This document shows, in pieces, positions 52,781 through 64,000 of a stretch of DNA of 64,000 bases; the first letter of the stretch is position 1, and every line of letters starts with the position of its first letter. The notes under the pieces are model-generated. The model saw nothing but the letters and a program-made list of their open reading frames with translations. It was not told the DNA's origin and did no database searches. The translations under genes and the position numbers were made by a program. The DNA comes from Epiperipatus broadwayi (taxonomy: Eukaryota; Animalia; Onychophora): positions 8,308,001 to 8,372,000 of the forward strand of contig JAQFVV010000005.1 of NCBI GenBank assembly GCA_028023455.1, written 5' to 3'.

Positions 52781-53933
52781 TATGAATTATATACATGAGT
52801 ATAATTAATGAATTAACTGATTTTCTTTTACAATTTTAAGATCAGGAATAAATTTTTATAACATTTAATCAACATTTGGCCATTAATTTCCATTACAAGT
52901 TTGTCATTGCAATAAAGCAATTTTCTGCTATAAATTAAAATTAAATATATTTTTTCATCTTTATTAATCATCAATTTGTTTAAAATTTAGTCTAAAAATA
53001 TTGTAAATTGAAATCAACGTTTTTAAAATAATGTAAATTTTACAAAATTGTTCAAACTGATATTTATTTTACTATTTACTAATAAATATTTATATATTCC
53101 TCAATAAAGGACAAAAGTTCTAAAAATTGAAAATTTATCAGGAGACAATAAAAATTTGACATTTTTAAAAAAATATTTTTTCCATTTATCTTTTCATATT
53201 ACTTTTCTCATATACTATTACAAAAAAAATGTTTAAGTATGAATAATCAATCATAAAATACACCTTTATCCCAGAATATGATGGATCTTTATGCAATGAT
53301 TTGTTACAGTGATCATCAAATTGTATCCACTATTTTGATTTACAATCAGTTGTTCACTACAATGATGTTTAACAAAAAATTTGAAACTTTTTTTAAGCAT
53401 CCACCATTTTTTTATCAGCCAAATTGTAAGTTGATGACATCATAGGTAATGGCTTCATCAAAGTGCCATCATTTAAGGATGATATGGTGATATGCTAAAA
53501 ATGTACTGTACAGAGTTTATATATTGCATAAAATGCAAAATTGTTTTGATTATAAAATTAAAATATGATTAATGTACTCAATTTTTATTCAGAATCCTTG
53601 CAAGACAATCAGTACTTTCATTCATGATATATCCAAAGTAAAAAAGATTTTCATTTTTAATGACTGCAAAATCAAAAAAATACCAGATTCATTCAGTAGA
53701 TTCATATATATATACTGTGATCAGATATAGTATAAAGTGCATTAATAACAGATTTTAAAATGCATACATTTGTAAAATTCGGATTAAAATTTGTATAAAC
53801 ATTATTTTGCCTGCAGTTAAAATTCAGTCATCATAATCAAAAAAATAAGGTTATCATAATCTCAAATTATTTTTAGAAAAAAAAAAAAAATTCTGTGTCT
53901 TGTACAGTATTAAATGTTACTAAACAGAAGTTA

Positions 53934-54171
53934 TTCTTATTTTTCTCCTTTTACTTTCTTTGCATTTCTTCATGTATTCATATATATTGCTTACAATAAC
54001 TCCCTTCATATACACTTTAATGCAAAAAATGTTTTTAATGATTCCTTTATTTCCTGTAGAGGAGATTAAGAAGACTGCAGGACAGTCGAAACAGCCAGGA
54101 AAATAAAGGAATCATGAAAAAATTGTTTGCATTAAAGTGCATATGAAGGGAGTTATTGTAAGCAATATATA
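53934..54171. mobile_element. 238-bp fold-back family B insertion with 13-bp TSD (3' half of the HHR retained)
   Basis: TAAACAGAAGTTA at 53921-53933 and 54172-54184. Arms 53981-54056 / 54096-54171. Loop has AAGA-A-GACTG-CAGGA-CAGTC-GAAAC (54073-54092). Confidence 0.8.
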
Positions 54172-54184
54172 TAAACAGAAGTTA

Positions 54185-54765
54185 ATAATTATAATAAAAA
54201 TTAATTAATCGTAAATTCTAAATATCTGTAATTGCAAAGTGAAAGTAACTATCTCCCACTAAGGTATATAGTTTCAAAACCCAATGAAATAATAGAATAA
54301 TACCATTCTATCTTTGGGCTCTGTTGTTATATAAATTTAGTTTTTGAATTGGTTTTTAAACTATATGGTAGATTTTGTCTATTGTTTTAATTTATTTACA
54401 GACTAAATGGTTTGCAATCACCATTAATATATTCATTCAAAGGATGAAGAATGAGTCTTACTTTTAACAATTTTTGAATATTAGGTATAAAATATTCGTA
54501 TTAATAATTGTAATAATAAATAAATAATCATAACTACTAAATATCTGTAATTGCAAAGCAGAAGTAGTAAGATTCATATATTAATGATGATTGCAGTCTG
54601 TATATAAATTAAAACAATAGACAAAATTCACCATATAATTTAAAAACCAAGTTAAAAACTAAGCTTATATAGGAACAGAGCCCAAAGATAGAATGGTATA
54701 ATTCTATCTTTTCATTGGTTTTTGACGTTACATAACTTGGTGGAGTAATTAATTCCGCTTTGCAA
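54185..54765. mobile_element. ~580-bp fold-back insertion bounded by the same 13-mer
   Basis: Arms ~54225-54405 / 54593-54765. TAAACAGAAGTTA occurs again at 54766-54778. Confidence 0.7.
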
Positions 54766-55659
54766 TAAACAGAAGTTAGAAAATCATTTATATGCTCAAT
54801 TTTAAATCAATAATCTCATATCTTCTTTCTGAGATATTCAAGATAATGGCAATTTTTATCATAAATATAAAAAAGTATAATATTGACAAAAATAATCATT
54901 TATATTATTAAAAATACAGCAGTTAATATGTACATTACATTTCTTTATCTAATTTGGATTTAATTTTGACTGTATTTATGTAAAATAAATAAATTATGTT
55001 TCTTTTAAAAAAAAATTAACAATATAGCAAAAAATTGAAAGTTGCATTTGTTAGATATTAAAAATAAAATATTTGATAATGTAGCGTAAAGCACATTAAA
55101 AATAAATTGTAAAATGTACATTGCGTTACTTTCATAACAAACAAAATGACAGACTATCAATAAAGAAATTTTAATATTTTTATTTTTAAAAAAGGTAATT
55201 AATGAAATGTTTTATATATTATATTTATTTAAAGGTTAGTAACTTTTTTATATTAATAATACACTTAGCAAATGTTTATTCATTAATTTTTTTTTTCAAT
55301 TTAAGCTTTATTTCTTTAATTAGATTTTTATATATTTTGAATTTAAGATAATAAATTATTATTTTTTCATAAGAATTCATTAGGAACTGCTTTTTTATAT
55401 GAAATTTTTGATTTATGAGGCATTTTAAGAAATGAATACAATTTTCTGTTCAGTTAAAAAGGGTGTAGTAACAAAAATAAAGAAAAATGATAGAGGAAAT
55501 ACTCATTTTTATGTTTCTCTGAGCTTACGAAAAATATTAAAATATCTTCCTTTTGCTTACAATAAATTGAAATTAGAATATTTCTATACTCAGATTCAAA
55601 TTTGGTAGTTTTATATTAGCACGCTTATATATTGAAATAGAATGTTATATAGCGGAGGC

Positions 55660-55741
55660 AGATGCCTAAACGGTATATTTCTGTGTGATAGCATAGAAAT
55701 AACACCCTCAGGCAGTTTCATCACGGTAATATAAAACTACC
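55660..55741 (-). mobile_element. Terminus of the GG-TIR family
   Basis: Minus strand ggtagttttatattaccgtgatgaaactgcctgagggtgttatttctatgcta resembles 14588 and 40537. Confidence 0.45.
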
Positions 55742-56069
55742 CTTATCTTACATTTCAACAATCAAAGATCACCTCCTGATAAGTATATTATAATAGTCTT
55801 TAAATATATATTTTCTGTTAGTCATTATATAATCTAATTCTACTATAACTTAATTTGGATGTTTCTGTGACAATTTCTGCTTTGGATTTTTCTCAAAAAA
55901 TAAAACACTATTGTAAATTCTATAAATCATTTTTGTGGCCATCTAATCTTATCCACAGCTAGTTCAACTTTTCATTGTTTTCCAATTCCATTATTAAAAT
56001 CAATAATAATTTTAAAATGTTAACTTTGATTATGTATATTCTTACATTTGGAATGAAAGTTTTTATCAA

Positions 56070-56680
56070 ATGACAACTTGTTGGAGCATAAATCTGAATT
56101 ATCTAAATTCGGTACTTTCCATTAAGTTCAAATAGCTGTTCTTATGGATATACCATTAATCTTCACATTGTTGTTATTCAAATTTTTATTTATGAACTCT
56201 GTATTTATACCTTTATAATAAAGTACATTATCATATTTAAAGTGTCTCTATTTTTTTATTAACTTCACAAAATGCAGTAATATTACATTTAATATTATAA
56301 AATCATTTCAATTCTTGTAAACTTCCTTCATCTGAAACTGATCTATACTTGTATATAGGTAGATAAATAAAAGAACATCAATGAATAGCAACCAAGATCC
56401 AAAATTTAGAAAGTTCTTAGCTAAGATAACAGTGACTAAAAGCAAAAGCCTTTAGTCACTAACTGCTATCTTATCTTCCTGGAAATAATATCTAAACTTA
56501 AAATTTCTTTATTGTTAATGTAAATATGGAGAAACATCATTCACATCCATATCCATCCTACCATTAAGATAATCCAACTAATAATTCAATTAAGAATTGT
56601 AAAATATGGTCATGGTATATTTTGATATTAAAAGTGATACTAAACTCACCATGCTGATTAATGTGTCTTGATAAACTATC
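56070..56680 (-). mobile_element. Old RTE 5' fragment (leader + APE N-terminus)
   Basis: Minus strand matches 15560-16190 (cagcatggtgagttta; gctaagaa; gaaggaagtttacaagaatt; gataattcagatttatgctccaacaagtt). Confidence 0.75.
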
Positions 56681-57039
56681 TATGATCAGCTTTAGGTTAA
56701 GGGAATCTATTGTTCTTAATTGGGCACCAAGAATCTTGGAGCAAAAAGAAATTATCCAAAACCACAAACCTTTTCTAATTAAAGAATACTAAACAATCAA
56801 ATTGCTTACTAAAATAATCCAAAGAAAGCATATACTTTTAATATTGTTTAGAAATAAATCAAGAATAATATTATAAGAATTTTATTTCAGAATTTAATAT
56901 GTTGCAAAATAGTTTAATATTTGATAGGCTGCCAGAAATAAAATCACTGTTTTCAAGTTGCATGTGATCTTAAGCAATTTTTTTGTATGAAAAAATTAAA
57001 AGTTCATTTTTTCTCTCATCAATTTCATTAATTGTCATT

Positions 57040-58958
57040 TTGTGGCAGAATGATGATCTCTACAGGTTCAATCCAGTTTCACCAATCCATAGCCTTACTT
57101 TTTATCACTAATCCATCTCACATATGGTCTCTTTTTAGGTCTTTGACATCTTTTAATATTCAATGAAGACTTTGTTCCTTTATCTTCTATCATCTTTGAA
57201 TACGATTGTTCTTATTAATAACAGTTGTTCTTTCACTAATACCTTTGTTGTGATTAATCCTTGTTGCTTTCAAAGTACATCATTAATGTATGATCTGAAG
57301 TCTCTCTACTAGTTTTCTAAACTAGTAAAAACCAATTTTTTCAAACACATAAGCACGTTTTTTCAAATATATTTCCAAAAGTATTTAAATTTAAAATTAA
57401 TTTCATCCATTATATCTCATCTAATAATAATAATAATAATCTTACTATGATATTTGTAGTTGTTAACTTAATCTAATTTATAGCTAAACTTTTTATTTCT
57501 AGTCCCACTTTCTTGTTTTTATCTGATAACATTTCCTGAAGCATTAAGCAAGTAAAGATTTCCTGAAATTCTAAATTATTTGAAAAAACACAACCATATT
57601 TGAAAAATCCAGATGACTTCAATAAATTTAATTTGATTCCTGTATTTTTTTAGTCCATAAAATACTTCTCTTATAATGCTGTAAAATATTTTGAAGATAT
57701 GACATCCCCCTCATATCCTTTTATGAATGCTACTTCTTAATGACATCATGGTCTTTAATCACTGCTATTACATTACCATAAATATTCTTCATAACATGAT
57801 AATATCCCAACTACTGTGCAAATACTTTTATAATCAAATAGTTTTTCATTATTTTCAAAGCAAAGATATAATCACAACTTATACTTAATGATCATATCTA
57901 TAACTTCTCTTAATACTTGGATGTGATTCCTTGTACTAAAACCAATTTTAAATCAGGTTTGTTTGTAGATAAGTTGTAATTATATGATAAAAATCTTGTT
58001 TAAAACTAATAAAACATAATTTCTAATTATCTTCTTTATCACCTTTCTTAAATATCTTTATTATTTGTTTGGTATGTCATTTTGCCAATGTTTTTTTTTT
58101 CTTTTCTTCATCTGCTTCTTTTAAAATATCATGAACAATTCTAGCATTTTTTATAAATTTAATTATATATTATCTCTTCTAAAATGCTTGAAAATTCAGA
58201 AGGTGTAATTGTAGAGAGTATTTTGTTTATTGGTCTTTATTGCTATGCAATTCTTTGTAGAATTCATCCATTCCTTTTTAGTTACAATTCTGTCTTTTCT
58301 TCATATGGCCAAATAATTTTTTTTCTCCCCAATATCAAATTTTTTACACTTTGAGGCTATTATTTTCTTGTGTTGTTTTTCCTACTAATTTAATTATATT
58401 TTCTTATATCATTACTCTTTTTTACCATTTTCCACAATTTCATATTATATGCTTAATGGATAACTTTTAAATATTCTCATATTGCTTCTTTTCTTTATAC
58501 AGTCTTCTCTTAGTTAAAATATTATTTGCTGATTTTCAGTCTTTAAACATTTTAAATTTGATTTTCAAATTCTCATTTAAACTTCTTAGTATGTTTCTGA
58601 AGATTAGAAATATCAATTATTAATACTGTTTTTCTTAATAGTTTTCATCTTTATTTTTGCATTAATACATATCTCACTAATGAATGATCATTTATTTCCT
58701 GTGTTAAATATATTTTATGAAAATTACAATTTTTAAATACATATTTTTGTTTAATCAAAGCAATACAATTCTATAAAATCATTTAGATACTTTTATGTAC
58801 ATTGTCATTTAGAATTTCTTTCAAAGAAGGAATTCACAATATGCAGTTTTTCTGTAAATCCTATGAGTCTGTGCTCTCTTTCATTTCTCTCCCCATAACC
58901 AAATTTAGCCACAGTATATTCATCTTTCACTTGTTTTCTATTTTTAACATTACAGTCA
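57040..58958 (-). mobile_element. Old decayed RTE copy (matches ~16260-18640)
   Basis: Minus-strand matches include caagtgaaagatg..tttggttatgg, agaagtattttatggact, agagacttcagatc, agaccatatgtgagatggat, tggattgaacct. Confidence 0.85.
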
Positions 58959-59949
58959 GAGTATAAATTTTAAAAGAACACAGAAAAAAGATTAAATATT
59001 TAATACCAATGTTAAATGCTAATTTTCAATAATACATCTTTACAAGAAATCTAATATAATACAAAATAACATTAAGTTAGTTACAGAATAGGTGTGATCT
59101 CAAAGCTTATAAAAATTTTAATCAAAATTGAGATAGGTTTTAAATGTTCCTAGATCCCACTTGTGACTTTCATTTGGGTACCACTAGATATAGAGATTTC
59201 TGGGTTCTCCAAGTGAGCGACTTTTTAGGCATGTTGCACTATTCTTATAGTTTCTTCAGACTCTTTTGCAAGTTGCAACTGGATACTTTTTATATTTCTT
59301 TGAAGCATTCTCAAAATTTCTAGGAATATCCTACTATTTTAGAAATATTTTATTTTAACTTAATTGTGCATTCTTTAGTTCTCTTTTCTAATTATTCTCC
59401 ACTAAGCATTCCTTTTGTTTAGTGTTTTTATGTTACTCTAAATAGATACCTTATATATATACAAACATATATATATATATATATTTACAATTTAACGTGT
59501 GTATATATATCTAACATATTCTGAGCCATAGTTCTAGCACCTCTCATTACAGTTAAGTCACTTTTTCTCCAGAATTCCATACATTATCTTTTAAATATTC
59601 AAGTATAACTATCTTATTTTGTGATATTTATTTTAGAATGGGTGGATTATTTGGGATATTATTTTGTTGCTCTTCTGCTATCTCTATTGCCTTGTCATCT
59701 GTAACTTTCTCTGTAGTTTCAACTTGAGTATTTTAAATCTGTATAGTTTCCAGAAGCTACAGTTTCTTCAATGGTTGGCACATAATCTTGCATATATCAT
59801 CTTCAACACTAATGGTTGGTTCCATACAATTTTTCTGAATATAATTTATATGATGGTAGAAATGGACTTACAATGCTATTTGGATTTCTATTATTTGGTT
59901 AGAGATTATCCCCCCTCCCCATCCATAACTTTTGAAGGTTGTCACATAT

Positions 59950-62300
59950 CCATATTCTATCACCAGCAACATAAATATTTCTTTGTCTCTCTCTCATACC
60001 AATATTAACAATTTACTTTAAAGTTTTCATACCATATTTCTGCCAGAAAATTTCTATATTAGTGAATGGTGTCATATGCTAGTGAAGAATCATGAGGTTT
60101 ATGGTTTTTTTATATATTATTACAGTTCTATTTATATTTGTCTTAATTACTGAATAACTTTCTTGGCAATCCCATTTTGATTCTTGGTTATATGATAGTG
60201 TTCTGACATGTTTCATTAAGTAAAAAGCTTCAAATTCTGCATTTGTAAATCCTATGCCATTATCTGATGCTAGGGCTTCTTATGATTCATGACACATAAA
60301 ACATTCCTGCAAGATCTGAGTGAATTTAATGGAACTAGTGTTTTTTGCTAGTCTGCACTCTGCTGACATTGATCTGGCATCCATTAGAATTTGTAAATAT
60401 ATTGCATCTGAATAAAACTACATAATCTATGTTGAATTATCTCCATGGTTTATGAATTTTGGGCCATCACATGTATTTCTTTGTTGTAAATTTGCCATAG
60501 ACTGACCAGTTTTGCACTTCTTTATGTACATTTAAATTTCTGTATCAGTATTTGGCCATCTTGATTAAGTATTTTCAGGACCTTACTATGTCCTTGCAGA
60601 AGGATTAGCACTTTTCTATTATACATATCTTTGTTAGCTTGATAATGGCTCTTTTATATTCCACAGGCTTTATTTAGGTTTTCTGGCAATCTTTTAAGTC
60701 ATTCATTCATAATATGATTTATATTCATCTGGTAGCCTGCATTATTTTTTACTGTTTCCCAATTATCGCCACATCTCTTTATTTCAGTTATGTTCAATAT
60801 GAACATGCTGCATGGCTACCTTTCTAAATTGCAATTTATAGTGACATTCTGATAAAAATTGTACTAGTGAACCATTCTGGTAAGTGATCAGCTAGTCTTT
60901 TTATTTGTGAATATTCCTAATAATGGTCAGTGATCCATTATTAAATTGAATGGTAGGCTATATAGATATTGATGGAATTTTTTGATGCCAACACTTCTTT
61001 GTCCAGCTGGCTGTAATTTTTGTCTGTCTTTGATAATGTTTTGGACATGAATTCAATTGATTATTTGCTTTCTACTGAGGTATGAATAAGAATAACTCCA
61101 AATCCCATATTCAGTCATTTCTGCTATTAATAATAATTTCCAAATTATTTTCAAATGTGCCAATAAACTTCTAGATGTTAACAACACTTTTATTTTTTGA
61201 AAAGTGCTTTTTTGCAGTTTTTTCCATGTCCAACTTTGATTTCTCTAAAGAAAATTGTATAGAAGCATGTGGGTGTGAGAGCTTCATAAATGTCAAAAAA
61301 ATTTATAAAAGCTACAAAGGCTTACAATTCTTTCACATTTTTCAGATGCTGAACCTTTATAATTGCTTTAATATTTTCTGGTCAGTCATTCCTATATCCA
61401 TAATGTGACCAGGAAATTAATTTCTTTTACAGTTCAATTTATCTTCACGATGGAAGTCACTCACATACTTAATTAGTGTATTGTGCCATGATTCTTCTGA
61501 ATTAACTATTACTAGAATATCAAAATATACTCTTGGCATTTCATTTAACAACACATCTACCTCCATTTGGGAAATATTTGGTGTTATTTTAATTACAAAA
61601 GAAAGGCAATTACACAATTATTTATGAGTTGTAATAAGTTGCCAGAATCATTAACACTGATATCTAATAGAGTTCAACATTCAGATCAGTTTTACTAAAA
61701 ATTCAGACATTTCCATACTTGCTAGCATCTCCCTGATATATGATCAGGATATATAGGCTTTTATGTAGATACTTGTTAATAGAGTCATTCTATAGCCCTC
61801 ACACATATGGATTTAGCCATTAGAATTTGTAGTGATGATCACTGGGAGAGGGGGGATAGCCCATTCTGTTTTTAGCGGGCATTAATATACTAAATTCTCT
61901 AATGTTTTTTTACCTTTGTCTTAAGTGTGAATGGGATTATTTGTGCTTACACAGCTGTATCTAAATAAGTATAGGGTTTATCATTTCTCTAACCAGAGCA
62001 ATTTAGAAATTTAGTTTGTATTTGCCTTCAAATATTAATTTTATTGATCATACAAATTTTTTACACCTAGGAGAGGATAGGGCAAACCAATCTCTTCTTT
62101 ATACAGAATTGACATTTCCTTTTAATATAAATTCAATTTTTTTATGATTATTAATCTTGGCTGTAATTTTAATTAACACTATTAAAATAATGTTTTTTCC
62201 ATTTGTTTCATTAGTTTTAAGTTGTTACCTCTAATGTTGAATAGATCTTCATTTCTTTATGTAAATAGATCCAATACCTCAGAGACATTATTAAGTAAAC
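59950..62300 (-). mobile_element. Decayed Ty3/Gypsy pol
   Basis: EWAIP...CEGYRMTL (RT N-terminus); PNISQMEVDVLLNEMPRVYFDILVI...KLNCK (RT); TEYGI (RNase H); EALASDNGIGFTNAEFEAF (integrase). Confidence 0.82.
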
Positions 62301-63194
62301 CCCAAATCCATTGTCTATTTTCATTTTTACAGATTTATTACAGAATAACTCTATCAACATTATTGGAGGAAATTGTCTTGTTGACTTAAACTCTGGGATT
62401 AGTTAGTCTAAGTTTACTTTTAAATAGTTTCTTTTTGTATATTCTTTGATTTTTATATGTCAGACTTTGCCTAGATGACCTAATTTATCACAGCATTTGC
62501 ATTTTATTAATTACATCTCATTCTATGTGCCAAAGTTTCTCCACAGCAGTAGCATTCTAATTTTTTTTTCTCACTATTCAGATTTGCTTGCTTTTTAGAA
62601 TTATTGTTTGGAGTTTTTTTACATCAGATTGCTGAAACTCTTTTGCTTTACTAGTTCCAGTATATGATAAATCCCTCTTTTGATAACTTTTGCATACAAC
62701 AGGTCTGAAGTGGCCAATAGCTGCTATTGAAGTTTATTACTATTCATACCCCACAAACTATTCCAACAACACTTCCTCCATATGCACAATTCTTTGCCAA
62801 GTCTTTTAAAACTGCATCATAATCTCTACACTCCTTCTCTTTACTTGCATCTATTCCATAAATAAAAGATGCACTATGTCTTAGAGAGTTCAGAGCTAAA
62901 ATAATTACTCAACCATTTTATTAATTTTACATAAGAGAAACTTTCTGGGTCAGCCAATTTGTAGAATTTGTAATTTCAATTAATCTAAGACCATGAAAAG
63001 GAATAATGTGGCAACTTACATAACACCATCTTTAATATTATTAACTAAAGTACTTGTCTATGTTTTGAATAGATCAGACATAGTTAACCTGCATGTAGCC
63101 CACCAATTCATTGACAGTTAAGCAGATATTCTATCAGTCATGAGAGAGAGAAAAAAAAAGATTTTTAATTAACAACTAATCACTTGTGGTTGAT

Positions 63195-63542
63195 TTTTTT
63201 TTATTGATATACTAATAATGTTGGCTATCAATTTTTTAATTTCACAGACCTAAATAACCAAGGAGGTGAAAAAAACCTGCCTTTATTGTTAACAAATACA
63301 TATTGTTAACAAGTACGTATTTGCATTTGATTTATAAACAACCATATGGGAAAGAACTTGTCTTTATTGTTAACCATTTACATTTGATTATGATTTTTTT
63401 TATTGACATGCTAATGATGTTAGCTGTCAATTTTTTAACTTCACAACCATGGGGGCAAGAAACTGTCTTTATTCTTAATGAGTAACCAATCACATTTAAT
63501 TTTGATTTTTTTATTGACATGTTAATAATGTTAGCTGTCAAT
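63195..63542. repeat. Degenerate ~110-bp tandem repeat (~3 units)
   Basis: ttttttattga.atg.taat.atgtt.gct.tcaat at 63195, 63394, 63506; ctttatt.ttaa at 63280, 63362, 63467. Confidence 0.75.
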
Positions 63543-64000
63543 ATCCTGTCATAACAGCACCAAATCTGTTGTTTATATGTGAATTAATATAAACATAGAC
63601 TTGTAAAATATGTTTATATAATGAAATCTGGACTAGTTATTATTTGAAAGCAAGGCGAGATATAATGTGTATCATAACACAGGTAAAACTCTCTAAACGT
63701 ATTGCCACTCAGTGCAAGCCAGAATTAATAACAGTTAAGGGCAAGCATAAGAAATAGTTATCATGTGATGCGTATCATAAGTGATTTAAAGAACTTGTAG
63801 TTTTGTAATGTATTATTTTGAATCGAACGACCTCTTCAAATAAAAAACAAAAAGTATCTGATGAAATAAAGTGTTTCAAGATAATTGGGAAGAGAAATAT
63901 TTTGTTGTGTTAAATAAAAAAGATTCAGCAATATATTTGATTTGTCAAAAAGTATCATTTAAAAAATATAACATTAATCGTCATTATACTATGAAATATA

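Noticed and set aside
5396-63541. Remaining 60-115 aa ORFs in the track
   Set aside because: Expected by chance in AT-rich DNA or lying within decayed TEs; no domain evidence except those assigned to PLE or Gypsy remnants.

Overview
A very AT-rich eukaryotic (animal, probably arthropod; inference) window that is almost entirely transposable-element DNA. No host gene, rRNA, tRNA or CRISPR array can be supported. It holds one RTE-clade LINE with an open 994-aa APE-RT ORF (15677-18661) and several decayed copies of it. It also holds decayed Penelope-like elements (RT + GIY-YIG), three decayed Ty3/Gypsy pol remnants, a probable hAT remnant, and a 1.85-kb non-autonomous DNA element (27-bp TIRs, 8-bp TSD) carrying a ~115-bp tandem array. 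The most notable signal is a set of about a dozen minimal type-I hammerhead ribozyme (HHR) motifs from at least three sequence families. Most sit in 190-340 bp fold-back (inverted-repeat) insertions, several with 12-13 bp target-site duplications and two with an empty paralogous site inside the window. One family also forms a 455-bp tandem, retrozyme-like monomer. All alignments and folds were done by eye, and boundaries of decayed elements are approximate (tens of bp).
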